From the NCBI GenBank assembly GCA_951406725.2, contig OX597838.1, positions 41,354,001-41,418,000 of the forward strand: 64,000 nucleotides of DNA, written 5' to 3'. The notes beneath the pieces are model-generated. The model worked only from the letters and a program-made list of their open reading frames with translations, did not search any database and was not told the DNA's origin. This document shows, piece after piece, positions 10,767 to 25,231 of this stretch. Numbering within the stretch: the stretch's first letter is position 1; every line of letters begins with the position of its first letter. The translations under genes were made by a program, and so were the position numbers. The DNA is from Octopus vulgaris (lineage: Eukaryota).

Positions 10767-13700
10767 CTGGAAAATCAAAAAAGGTAAAATAATAGAAATA
10801 AATGACAAAGATTAATTTGGTTAAGGATATAAAAAGATAGATCATCATTTTAACGTCCATGTTCTCTGCTGGCATTGGCTGGAATGGCTTGACAGAACCA
10901 AGAACTGCATCATGCTCCAGTCTCTGCTTTATCATGGTTTCTACAGCTCAATGCCCTTCCTAACACCTGGGTGATTTTTGCCATGGCACCATCACAGGTG
11001 AGGTAACCATGCAGCTTGCATGGTTATGAGCCCCAAGGGTGCAGCTTTACACTGGGAGATGAGAAGTTAACACCTCAGAGAAGAACAAGTTTGTTGATGT
11101 AGAGGATATAATGTGAAAAGTTAGTGCCAACTTATTCATAAAAGTTCATACTGAAGGGGTTTCCCAATCTCCCCACCCCCCAAACACTCTCTCCTTCCCT
11201 CACTCTCCAAATTTCCTTGCTCACCATTAACTTGGAGCCCCTTCAAACTAAATTCTAAAATGCATTGATGTCATTCAGTAATCCTTACACTTGAGAGGAA
11301 TATTGACACTGATCCATCTTTTCAGGTAAACCAACAGAGTCTGAGTCACTCAAGCTGCTAGAAACAGTAGCCAAGTCTCCTAACACATTAAATAATGAAG
11401 GGAGCTTTGGACAATTCAGTCCTCAATATATTAATCACAGCTGGAGTATGTTTAAATCTGCTCAATCAGTGATAACTTACGGCTAAACCATTACCTCAGA
11501 AAATAATAGNNNNNNNNNNNNNNNNNNNNNNNNNNNNNNNNNNNNNNNNNNNNNNNNNNNNNNNNNNNNNNNNNNNNNNNNNNNNNNNNNNNNNNNNNNN
11601 NNNNNNNNNCAACGTATCATTAGCTCAATCCACTAAGTTGTAATGAGGGAGACAGAGAGGGACACAGCTCAAAACTAGATGCAAGTGAGAGAAAGAGGCA
11701 GTGTGTGTGTGTCATGGAAAAGCACGTGAGGCACCATGTAAAAACACCTATGCAGAGCCATGGAAAAGCACGTGTGGCACCATGTAAAAACGCCTGTGCA
11801 GAGCCATGGAAAAGCACGTGTGGCACCATGTAAAAACGCCTGTGCAGAGCCATGGAAAAGCACGTGTGGCACCATGTAAAAACGCCTGTGCAGAGTCATG
11901 GAAAAGCACATGTGGCACCATGTAAAAACGCCTGTGCAGAGCCATGGAAAAGCACGTGTGGCACCATGTAAAAACGCCTGTGCAGAGCCATGGAAAAGCA
12001 CGTGTGGCACCATGTAAAAACGCCTGTGCAGAGCCATGTAAAATCGCCCCATGTGCTGCCATGTAAAAGCACCCATGCAGCATCATGTAAAAGAGCCTGT
12101 GCAGTGTGTCATGTAAAACTGTAGACTGCAGACTGGTGCAGCAGCTTCCCAACTTTACCAGCTTCTGTCAGACCGTCCAACTGATGCCAGCATGGACAAC
12201 GGACATGAAATGACGATGATATATGACTGACATTCCTGTTTGCTCAGCTTTTTATTCCTTTTTACCTCCAAATAGAAGACACTATTACCATCACTTACAT
12301 CAACACACACACACACACACATCAAATCATGACAAAGTTAGAGATTTAGAGCTGAGAAGGAACTGAATATCATAACATTTGTTCTTTCTTAACCCTTTTG
12401 AAACAAACCGATCCAATAACACCTCTGGTTCTCTCTTTTCTCTCATAAAAAGGACCAGTTTTCAACTGATTTAAATAAACATGTCCCATCAAAAGTTCGT
12501 GTAAATTTATATTCCAAACACCAACTTTACAATGGCAAAGTTACTTTACTAAATTCTTTGTTTATTTCAAAATTGATCGGAACAAATCCAGTTTATCTTG
12601 AAATGAATATGGTAAGAAAACGGTTACAGAATGTGAATAAGGTAATCAAGAGAAAGAAACAAAATCTATGCTGTAGACCCTTCAAAAGGGCACCATTGCA
12701 CCATGTGTCAACTGTAAAACCAAAGTTATAAGGCCAGCAATTTTAGGGGGAAGGGTAAAGTTGATTAGATTAACCGTAGGGCTTGACAAACAGTAAAGTC
12801 AATCTTGTTGGCATTTGAAATCAGGACATAAGGAGCCGGGAGAAATGGCAGAAAGTCTTCTGCCCAACTCCTGGTTCTGCCAGCTCACCGCCTCAACCAT
12901 ATAAAAATCATTTCCTCTAACAGCAATAATGATTTCTTACATAATAAGGAAACAGACAGAAGATTATTATATGTATAAATCTTTTAAAGCTATTGTCCTC
13001 CCAAAAAGAGAGAGAGAGATGAAACAAGGTGAGCAGGACAATAAGAAACAATCAACACAAAACAATGAAAGAGAAAAGACAAAAAAAATGAGGAAAATGA
13101 AAGGAAAAAGAAAAAGGAGAAAGGAGAATAAAAAAAATGAAAAAAAACTTTTGTCTTTTTATTTATATAAACATATGGAGCAAGGTTAAACAATAGTGGA
13201 CTCAATAGAAAAAAAGCAGAGTCTATTGGTGGATTAACTATTGATTTCATTTCAACGGTTACTTTGTAAAGAGTTGGTGAAACTGTCTTATCTATTAAAA
13301 TGGATTATTAGGATTAACTCTATCTGAAACTAACAGTTGTAATAAATTGATAGTTAATCCAGTTGAAAATATGGTTCAAAATGATACAAAAAAATATAAA
13401 AGACAGGTGAGAGAGAACAACAAACAAAATGTATTAGTTTGAAGTTCAGGAAAAATGGAAGGAGTCTTGGACATTTCCAGCAAAGATTCTGCTCCAAAAA
13501 CGAAATAAGGAGAGAAAAGAGATGGAGGCGGTGTGATCGTGTACGAAGATTTTTACAAGACAAAAAGGCTGACAATAACTTCAAAGTTCCGACTTGTTCA
13601 CCATCGGCAGACTGTCTGATGATGGTGTTGTGTAGGTTGAAGCCTTCTAAATCACAGTCAGCCTTTTGTTTGGGGGGGGGGGGAGGCAAAAATGATATAA

Positions 13701-15488
13701 CCTCTACCAGGAAAAGCATTCAGTAACCCTTTAGTTTAATGTGAAACTGTTTTGATGCCTAAACTTTACATAAGTACAAACACACACACACACACACACA
13801 CACAGATATTGTTAGCGACAGAGGAAAGGAGCCTGCAAATCAAAGATGGTACTTGTTGCATTTAAAGATATAACATGGAATTTTATATTTCAAAGTTTAC
13901 TTCCAACTTAGCAAGATGTTTCATCTGGAGGTCAGCAGGGATGTGCCGTCCAGCAAGTGAAACATTTTGCAGGCAACATGTCTGTGCATGTATTTTGTTT
14001 GGTTGTTGGATGTTAGAACATTTTATTTACACCAAGGAACTTCTGTTTTATAGCTCATGACAATACACCAACGTGTGGAAACCATTAGATACAAAAACAA
14101 AAAGTTATTTCAAAGCCAGCTAAATGTTCGTGTAAGACAGGGTACTTAAATCTGGCCAAAGAACATAGCAATCAAAACAACAGATAAGAGAGACATTAGG
14201 GGATATCTTATGTTGATGAAAAGACAAGACTTTGAATGGTTGCCAACTGTTATGAGATTTTTACTTCTAGATGCATAAACAGCAGAAGACTAAGTGTAAT
14301 CTGGCTTTGTGAAAAGTTAGAATCCTTTGTTTAGAAATAGTTTGGAATCGAGATTGGTATGCTGGTACCCATTCAGAAGTAAGACACCAGAAGACAATCA
14401 GAGAGCAAAATTATTGAAACAGTGGAGATCAAAAATGTAGAGATCAACATCTTGTCTCAAACCTAATGTCAGCAGCCAAAAGACAAAAAAATCTTTCAGC
14501 AACAATTCATCCAAGATATTAAATCAAACATCTTGGTATTCTGACAGAAAGGGAAAAAAAATTGAAATGTTATTGAATGAAAATGAAGCGTCACCGTTCT
14601 TACCTAATGATGTAACAAAATGCTGGTGGGCATTTAGTGTCTTCTGGTTGCGTTTATTCTTGATATCCCAGGTTCTGATAGTCTTGTCATCAGATGCACT
14701 TAGAATGAATTTGCCACCAGGGTGGAACACCAAACCACGTACCCAGTTGTCATGGCCAACCTGCAAAAAAGAAGTTTCAAAGAGAGAATGTTTATGCCAG
14801 GGTTTTGCCAAAACAGCAAGGGACTGACTCAGTACAAATGAATAGACAAATGAGGGTCAGGTCATGTTGGAAAGGATATCCATGTGGAGAGGGAGTAAGA
14901 TGAGAGAGGGGGGGGAGATGTGCAAGGAGTGATACATCCGGGTAAATAAGGGTGGAGATGAGAGGAGGATTGAGAATAATGGCAGAAGAGAGAGAGAGAG
15001 AGAGATAGAGAGATAGATTTGAATGTGTAGAAAGGTATTTGGTGAGAACAATGAGTGTAGGTGGGGGTGGAGAATAAGGGATAGAAGGGTCCAAGAGTGC
15101 AACAGTTAAGTGGTAGTAGTGCAAAGGAGAAAGGAAGAGCATGTGTTTATTCTGTTGCCAAGGGAGTAATGCCAGAGACAGAGGAGAGCTGGAGGGAGTT
15201 AAGGGAATGAAATGTTAAGACTGTCTGATGGAGCAGAATGGATTTCGAGCATACGCAGAACGCTTTTAGGACACCAGTTTACTGTGGTGGAGAGGGTTGC
15301 TTGAGCACAGTAAATTGCAAGTTGTCATCTTGGCCCTTCCTTATCTCCTCACCTTTGGGGGAAATGGACAAGCATGTCAAGAGTGCCTCAACATTTAACA
15401 GACTACCAGAAACTCCAAACTCAGGACAGTTTTCTGTAAGAGCATATCGTGTCTGCTTGAAGGACACTACTGTGATGTGCAATTCTGC

Positions 15489-15519
<31 letters not shown>

Positions 15520-15963
15520 CATCGTCGTTTAACATCCGCTTTCCATGCTGGCATGGGTTGGACGGTTTGACTGTGGGCTGGCGAACCAGATGGCTGCACC
15601 AGGCTCCAGTCTTGATCTAGCAGAGTTTCTACAGCTGGATGACCTTCCTAACGCCAACCACTCCGAGAGTTTAGAGGGTGCTTTTACGTGCCACCAGCAC
15701 GGGGGCCAGTCAGGCGGTACTGGCAACGACCTCGCTCAAATTTTTTACACATGCCAATGGCACAGGTGCCAGAAAGGCGATACTGGTAACGATCCCGTTC
15801 GAATGGTGCTCTTAGCACCCTACTAGCACAGGGCACAAGTGTCAGTAAGGCGAAGCTGGCAACGATCACGCTCGAATGGTGCCCTTTGAGTGCCACTGGC
15901 ACGGAAGCCGGTTAGCTGCTCTGTCAATGATCACGCTCGTATGGTGCTCGAGCCCGTCATCAA

Positions 15964-16003
<40 letters not shown>

Positions 16004-19000
16004 TCAACTCTCGCTACTATGCCACCTTGCTACTATGCCACTCTTGCGCGGTCCCGGCCAAATAATAAACAAAAAATTTTTACTATGCCACCCTCAACTC
16101 TTGCTACTATGCCACTTGTAAACTGAAGCGCACGCAACTTTCCAAAATTTTGTACTCCTACATTTTGTACATTTCGTATTTGTAATCTTGTGGAAAAGTT
16201 CAGAAAGTAGCACACAATGTCAGCTCAGAAACACAAGCGGACTGAGTTTACGCTGAAGGAAAAGAAGGAGATTATCGATGCTGCGAAAAACGTTATTGTC
16301 GGGCCCCTCGTATCATTAGTAACATCTGATACAAGTTACCGCTCCTTGTATTGTCCGACATGTTTCACTCTAGAAGAAATAGCAAAGGAGGTAATGCATA
16401 ACGAAGAGCCGGTGGAAAGTGAAGACGACGAGGTAATTGTGGAAGAGGAATACGTTTCGTTTGCAGATGCCCAGAGAGCATGGAGCACTTTCCGAAAGTT
16501 TATGCAGCAGAAGAGCAGCAGAAAACCCAGCGTCATGCAGGCGTGTGATAGGCTAGACAACGAAATGAATGAAATCCGCTGAAAGAAGATGCATCAGCCG
16601 ACAATTTTTGAGAGCTTCGAGATTAACTAAAAGCAATCTGAACTTAATAAACTTGGATGTCTTCTTTTTACCACTGCATTGAACTTCTTATTGGCCTTAC
16701 TTCCTACCCTATGAATTTTTATTTGTATGTTCAGTAAATTTTTGGTTATGTAGTGTTTAGATAACAGACCCTCGGTACTATGCCACTTTGGCTCAGTGCC
16801 GCAGGGTGGCATAGTAGCGAGAGTTGACTGTATAAATATATAGGCATGGACAATGGATGTTAAATGCTGATGACATATCCATGCATACACCTACATTGTC
16901 TCTCATGGCTTTTTCTTGGTTTTCTTGTAAATAATATCTACAAAGTAATTTTGTTATGAAAAATAGATACAGCACAGAAGTGTTTGTAAGTATTTGCAAT
17001 GTATCTCAAAGAAAACTTTATAATTATTTTTAATGACTTGCAAGAAATAGTAGTCAAATTACCCTCAAATCACACCCTACAATCTGATACAAAGAATAAT
17101 GGATAATGCAGTCCTAGATATAACCAAAAATAAGAGGTGATTATAGCTGGAATGTCTAGTCACAAGTCTACCCAAGGTTAAATAACTCGGCCTACAGTTA
17201 CTCAATCTGCTAGAAATAGCAGTGAAGTCACCCCCAAATCACACTGCAAGTTCTTTAAAAAGGGGGAAAGCCACACAAACTATGTAGTCACTGTTTTTAA
17301 CATCCATTTTCCCATGTTTTTCTATGGCCAGATGCTCTTCCATTTGCCAACCGTGTTTGGCCATGGAGCAAAATAATATTTGCTCCATGGCCAAACATGT
17401 TTTTGGCAGAATATTGGAAATGAATCACGTTGCTTTTGTAACAGTCACAATAATCAGGTGACAACATTGACAGGGAGACACACAAAAGCACACACACACA
17501 CACACACACACAGCCCGGGGTTGTAGAAGACACTTGCCCAAGGTGCTATGAAGTGAGACTGAACCTGAAACCATGTGGTTGAGAAACAACCTTCTTAACC
17601 ACACAGCTATGCCTGCACCTATTAGCTGTCCTTGACAGTAAATGAAAGGATAAAAAGACAGGATAGTCATGGCTGGAATCAATTTGTCAGCCTGACTGAG
17701 ATTGATCTGAACAGCAGCAGCTTGTTTATTAATTCACCATAACAGACCAAGTTCACCGAGTGCTCCCGGTTGGTGTGTTAACTGGTGCAGATCTCACTTC
17801 TGACTTCACTTGTCGACTAAGTCAGCTGTAAAACTGAAATGCCTAAAATACAGAGTAAACCAGTTCACAGCTGAATGTTCCCAAACGAGTGAGTGTTAAT
17901 GAATAAATAATGAACCACATGAATAATGCAAGGATGAAGAGTGAGTCATGACAAACTTTCTCCAGCAGGATTTTCAACTTGCAGGTGAACAGGTAGGAGC
18001 TTTCAGTTTCTCCTCTGTCCAATCTACCTTTTCTTTTTATGATCAACAAAACAGTTCAAAGAATTCCCTACCCAACCCCACACCCCCACCATGGTTTTTT
18101 TTTTGGGGGGGGGGGATTAAACAACTTTATTGCCTGTTATATGAACTACAGTATAAACAGATAGCCGAGTATACCTCAGATATAGTAATTTGCAGGCACA
18201 ATATGACACAGTTGACCCTTTAAACTTCAGATACAGCCCTCCCTCTCCCATGTAAAGGGTTTCCATACACTCTTAACCCTTTAACATTCAGATTACTGTC
18301 GAATGTAAGGCTTACTTATTCACACTGTTTTGAATTAATTACACATTATCTTATAGCTTTGAAATTTCAATGATAAGATTGCAGAATGACATTGTAGGGT
18401 AGGTGTAAGATGCCAGATCTGGCCAGTTTGAACAGAAAACAGAATGTTTTGGCTGGACACAGCCTATTTAAATGCTAAAGAGTTAAGGCTTGTCCCTGTG
18501 AAACTAGGGTTAAAGACACCCACCTCTGATACTCTGCAGCAGTGGAATTAAACCCAATAGCTCATAGCTGTCAGGTGAATTTCTTCACCAATCACCTACA
18601 TAGGCTTTCTCATTCTCTCTCTCTCACACACACACACACACAATCCATACTGACATTAAGAAAAGTAAGCATTTCTAATTTAATAAACAAACCCCCATCT
18701 TTTCAAGGAGGCAAAGTTATTATTGTATCTTCAACCCCCTTAAAACCTGTCATACCAGTAAGAAGACTCCCATAAATAGCAGGGATTTTCTCTGCATAAA
18801 ACAGATTTATTTCTTAGGCCCAAGATGACATTTATAAAGGAAAAGAATCAAATTGTTTCCTATTTATAAATATGCTGTCCCTAAAAGCATGACTACACTG
18901 GTTTTCGTAGGGAATCTGAGCCAAAAATTTAATACTTTACAGTGATTATCACACATACATTCTACATCCATTTCTTATACTGACATAGTTGTAGAAAGAC

Positions 19001-22000
19001 CTCACATCATTTCCTCATTTGTCAGTCCTTCATCTGACACACATGCACAGAGAAAACCACCTAATCTATTATGAATGCTATTTTTATGCTCTTCTCATCA
19101 CCAACTATTTTGCAGAATGAACTGCATTTCATCCCACCTCTTGAATGTGTTGCCTTCTGAGTGATTTGCAGGGTTTGTATCTTGTCTTTGGGATTAAAGC
19201 TGAACGTTTCATGGATACACTGTCTTGCAGAGTCCAACTTCTTAGATAGGGGACGAACAGACTGTACATTGTGTATAAAGGGTGACATTGTATGTTCATG
19301 AGATATGGGCACTGAATGTGGGGACAATGTATGGAGACTGGAAAGAAATCAGTTGAATGTGTCCGTTTGGGATAGAGCAAAAAAAGGTGAACTGAGAGAA
19401 AAGAAAATGGGGATTAGAAGGGTTAGCCAAGATATGCGAGAGAAAAGACTGCACTGGTACAAACATGGATGTCAATGAAAGATGAAGTGGGAAAGAAAAG
19501 CATGAGAAAGTGAGTTAAATTGATGCCAGGCTACTGAGAACCTCACAAAGATAGCAAAGAACTGCAACAAGTTGTGAAACATTGTGCTGGGGCAGACCTG
19601 TCCAACCCATGCCAGCATAGAAAAAAATGAGGTGGATGTACATACCCAAAAATAAATTAAAATCTTTAAAAAAACAAATACAAAAACATAAATTGAAACC
19701 TGATGAGAAACAAGGATGTAATAACAGGATATTGCTATCTCGTTTAATTACCAACAAAACAATCGATTCCAGTTGATTGTGGGTTATTTTGATGTTCAGG
19801 GTGCAATATTTGGAAGAGATTTGGCAGTAGCACCATTGAGAATCTGTTGCTTGGCAGAGCAAATGATCAAAAACAGTCAAAATACATCTAAAGACAGATT
19901 GGTTGGAAAATATTTGTAGAAAAACAGATTCACTTAAATTTCTGTTAAACTTTTCAAATGTAATATCTTTTAGCAGTAATGTTCACTTTGATGTGAAGTT
20001 CATTTGTATCCAAGATTATATCCAATACATTGAAGCAAAATGACAATATGTACAGATCAACACTTGAAAAAAATCTTGAGAAAATAATGCTTTTAATATC
20101 CTTTGGCATAAATGGGGACATTGCTGTTCTTTACACATAGCATCCAACACAGAATAAACATAAGCAACCTAACAACAAAGTATTTCAAAACAATTATTTC
20201 CATATCCAATCTCTCGTACCAGTTGTAATGGATGCACATTACATACAGGAAGATGAAATGTCTGCCATAGCTTTTATGATGCCTTCTTCCAAAGATAAAC
20301 AACTTCCTCAAAATCTTTTAGAAGTGGCTGCATCTCATTTGGTAACATTTCCTTCAGGTGATGAAAAACAAAAAGAATAAAAGTGGTGGAACAAATATAA
20401 ACCCATTCACCATGTGGCAAGATATGAAAGTTTTTCATTTAAAACTAAGTCCAAGATTCTGAAATGCCTTCTTATTACATCAGCACTATATTAGTATGGA
20501 GCCTAAATTGTTGTCAACCAAAATGTTCTTGCTATGAAGACTAAATTAACTTTTGAGATTTTAATGTAAAACGAAAATATCCTGAGCAAGCAACAGGCCC
20601 AATGAGGACACAAGTCTTGTATCCATTGCTAGCTTAGACTGCTACAACTAATTGACATATCAGTCGAAACAAAATTTGAAGTCCTGAACGTGAGATGATG
20701 GAGTGGCAAGCATTCTCTTAGGAAGTCAATGTAACTAAATGGCAAGTGCTGTATGGTTCCTGTCCAATCAGTTTGCTTGTGGCAACAGTTTCAAATTAGT
20801 TTTTATGTCATCAATGAGGGAGAAACTGAATTCAAGGCATTTCTGTTTTCTCCATATGTAAATTACAAGAGTGGGTTCAATATTGTGAAGAACATTCATT
20901 GTATAATAAAAGGTGAACCTACTTCTGCCTGGCTGCAGGGGGAAAAAAATTGACAGCAAAAGGTGACTCAAAATAATTTTCAAAGTGTGTAAGAAACAGT
21001 TATCTCCCTTGAGTTTCAAGTCGGAACCAATTTGTGCTCACTGAATGAGAGGACTACAGAAATAATCCTACGACGTTAAGTAGGAGCATTTAGAGACAAA
21101 AGAAATCCAATGCTACATTCCAGGATCCACTGCCTTATGTCCAGGATCCAACACAGAGGTTTATGTAATCCTGCTTAATGTAATGGCAAGAGAGTATGAG
21201 CTGTACCAGTGATTATATAGTGCTGCCATTTACCGTGTGCCAAGAGGACTGCTTTGAAATTTAAGAGGGAGAATTCGGAAAAGGGCTTAAGGATTAGAGT
21301 GATACATAATTTCTATTAGCACACAGACCCCGATGGTAAATGGTGATGCTCTGTTCCAAATTATCCACACAAAGCTGGGAGCTGTTTTATCTCTTCATTA
21401 CCATTTATATTCAGTTCTGTGGCAATGTCTACAGGGCCAGTGATGTAAAGAAATTTGGGTTTGAGCATAGGCAACTTCTAAATGGATTTATCTGCAAGTC
21501 CTATGTTGTTGTCGTCGTCATCATTCAACACTAGGTCAGACCTGAATCGAGCACAACTGTGATCAAAGGTGTTCCAGAATGAACTATTGTCTTTTAAGGA
21601 TATCCAGCTCTAAATTATCCAATGAAACTTTCATCATTTCAAGACAGCTGAGTAGGAAAAGGATTTGGCAGAGATTTCAGTATCCAGAGCTGTGATTTCA
21701 GGAGATATCAGCAAGATATACAATACCTCTATCCAGTCCCTTAGCTTTCAGAAATGAAAAAAAAAATCCATATTTCAAAGATAGTCAATCAGTTCTTTTT
21801 CTTTTGATTTCAATATTTTAAAATTGTGAATCTTGATGACACCCAACATATTCTATATGCAGTACATATCTTTTTTTTTTCCTTTATTATTGAACAATGG
21901 TCAAACCAAGACTAACAATGAAAAAGGTACCAGGATCTTAATAGCACTTGCCATGCAAACCATAAGGTGGAATTTTATTAAAAATTCATTTTAAACTGCC

Positions 22001-25000
22001 ATCATAGAATCCTAACCCAAATAAACTTGGTGAAAAATCTTGCTGATGAGAAAGGTTTTTGATGATGTTAGCCAGGTTATGTGATGGTTGGAGACTGTTT
22101 AAAACCTTCCCTCATTAGTTATTCCTTTCAATGTAATGATGGGAAAACTCAACAAAATAACCGGCATAAAACCTTATAATGACTTCTCACTAACTTTGCA
22201 TTCTGTAACATGTCTATATTACATATTTTGATTAACTGGTGTTGCATGAAGCAGCATTTAAGAGAATATATGTGAGTGTACAATCATATTTAAAGTGTTC
22301 ATGCTAGATTTGGACATGGGAAGACATTTCACAGAGAAATATTCTTGAGGGAAAAATTCACTTCAGAGTTTAAAAATTGAAAGGGCAACAACTGATGTCA
22401 TCAAGTTGTAGGATATACATACATTTCTGTGTCACTGCACATCATCAACAATGAATATAAAATGTCCTATATAGCCCTATAAGAATGATAGCTCTTAGAT
22501 ACAAGAACAACAGTCAGTAAATAGAACAGTAACTAGTAGTCCTTAAAGCTTAGTCAAGCTAGAACTAACTTTTCAACACATATTTCTATGGTAACTCTGC
22601 ATGTTATCAATGCAGCATTAGTTGGCATTTTGTTCCATCATTAAATCAGTAGAAAGATATCTAAAGATCTGACCTGATTCAATTCTACAAAATATTTAAA
22701 AAAAAAAAAAAAAGAGTTCGACACAAAATTAATTTGTTGAAGCAGAACTAACTAAAAAATTTTTTAAAAGTCAAAAAAACTCACCAATGTGAAGAGACAG
22801 AGACCAGTTCCAACATCCCACATTTTGATTGTTTTGTCTCGAGATCCCGAAAGTAAGAAGGGACCACTTCTTGTTCCCTTCTTTAGCTAAAAAAAAAAAA
22901 AAAAAAGAACAATAGTCAAATGGAAACACAAAAATATTACAGTTTTACTGGGAAAAAAAGAGCAGACAAGAAAAGACAAGCAATGACGAACGGTATTCAA
23001 ACTGCGATCAGCTCTGATCATTGAGTTATGGAGATGAGTGTTCAAATCATGATCATCCCATCTTGTCTTCTAGTTTGTTTAGGTCTGCATCATCCAATGT
23101 GTCCTGTTTATGTGACTTAAGGGAGACACTAGCCCAAGGCACTACACAGTGGGACTGAACTCAAGACCACATTGTTTGAAGTAAGCTTCTTAGTTAGTTA
23201 GTTAATTTTTTGGCTCAAAAAGCAAAAAGCAAGGTCATGTAGGGGGACATGGAGTTATGTACAGGGTGGTGTTCATGTAAAGAGTTCAGGCCACTTGAGG
23301 TCAAGGGAGACTTTGAACAAAGCGGTCGTCGGCATCTTCACCATCTCGTCTGGCAGCTTGTTCCACGGATCCATAGTTATCTTAACCACATAACTATGCC
23401 TGCTATTTCTAGCACACTGAGTTGCCTGGTAGAAGCTCGCTTTTTGGTTCACAAAATAATCTAAGAAGTGATAACAGTCTAAAATGGAGGTCAGTGAACC
23501 AAGGAGGGTTGTGAAGCAACAGAGATTAAGAATTTGCCATAGCACACAACACTAACCACAGTAATGTGAGTGCACTTCTAGCAGATACGTAGCCAAAAAT
23601 TGTCAAAGGTCTATTTGTATGCATCAAAAGACATTCCATATATGGCCTGTCCACATATGCCTCAATTGATATTTTATTAAACCAGTAACAAGGAAAGAAG
23701 GAATTTAAAATGCTGAAATCTTTTAAAAGTTATTTTTTACTATTTACTTGTTTTGGTCACCTGGACTGCAGCCATGCTGGAGCACCCCACTAAAGGGTTT
23801 AGAAGAAAAGAACAACCTATAATACTTTCCTTTTTTTTTTTTTATTTTTCTTAGGTTGATACTTATACAGTTGGTCTCTACTGCTGAACAGCTAAGTTAT
23901 GGGAATATAAACAAATGAGTACCAGTTGTCATACAGTGGTAGGGGATAAAGACACACACACACACACCGAAATCCATTCAGAAAGCATTGTTTGATTTGG
24001 GGCTATAGTAAAAGACCCTTGGCTCAAGACGGCACACAGTGCAATTGAACTCAAAACTATGTGGTTGCAGAGCAAGTTCCTTTACCATTCGGCCATGCAT
24101 CCAAATATATGCAGCAATGACTTGTACAATGGTTTCTTTATTCTGACACAAAGTGACCAACATGTAATGGAGAAATATTGTCAAGAGAACCAACCACAGC
24201 AGATGACACAACAGGTGAGCTAGTTTGGGTTCTTCATTGAACTTCTTCTATTACTTATACTATTAGTGCCGGTGACAAGTAAGCAAACCATCCGATCGTG
24301 GCCGTTGCCAGCGCTGCCCCGACTGGCCTCCATGCCAGTGGCACGTAAAAGCCCCATCCATTCGTGTCTGTTGCCAGCCTCGCCTGGCCCCCGTACCGGT
24401 GGCACGTAGCACCATCCGTTTGTGGCCGTTGCCATCTCGCCTGGCCCCCGTGTCGGTGGCACGTAAAAGCACCATCCGTTCATGGCCGTTTGCCAGCTCC
24501 ATCTGGCACCTGTGCAGGTGGCACGTAAAAAGCACCCACTACACTCACGGAGTGGTTGGCGTTAGGAAGGGCATCCAGCCGTAGAAACACTGCCAGATCA
24601 GACTGGGCCTGATGCAGCCTTCTGGCTTCACAGACCCCAGTTGAACCGTCCAACCCAAGCTAGCATGGAAATGATGATGATACCAACCCACTTGACACCA
24701 CCCCTGGTTCTGTGCTAAAGGGACCTTTCCATCAAAATGCCATCTTCATTTATGTTCCAAACAATGGCTTAACCCTTTTGATATCAACCTACCCAAGACT
24801 GCCTGTGATTCTTATATAAAGGGATCTACATTTAAATTTCCCATCAAAATTTGATATTAATTAATGTTTCAATTACCTGCTTAAATTCTTTAGTATTTTC
24901 AAAATTAATTGAAATAAAGAAGGGGTCATTCAACAGAAATATGGTAACAAAAGGGTTAATAATCTATCTTTTAGTTCTTTCAGAGATCAGACTGCAGCCA

Positions 25001-25160
25001 TGCTGGAGCACCACCTTGAGGAATTTTAGTCAAACAAATCAACACCAGTGTGTTTTTTTTTAAAGTCTGATACTTATTCTATTGGTTTCTTTTTGACGAA
25101 CTACTAAGTCGTGAGGCCACTGACAAGCTAACACTGGTTGCCAAATGGCATGGGGAACAG

Positions 25161-25231
<71 letters not shown>

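Noticed and set aside
11620-12152. Overlapping repetitive ORFs and a CRISPR-like periodic array
   Set aside because: Contiguous 46-bp tandem units with no unique spacers and no cas genes, in a eukaryotic intron.
13420-14500. Stretch with a decayed coding-like appearance (possible old DNA transposon); similar stretches at ~19650-21400, ~27000-27850 and ~30640-31560
   Set aside because: No diagnostic motifs or termini I could assign confidently without a database search.
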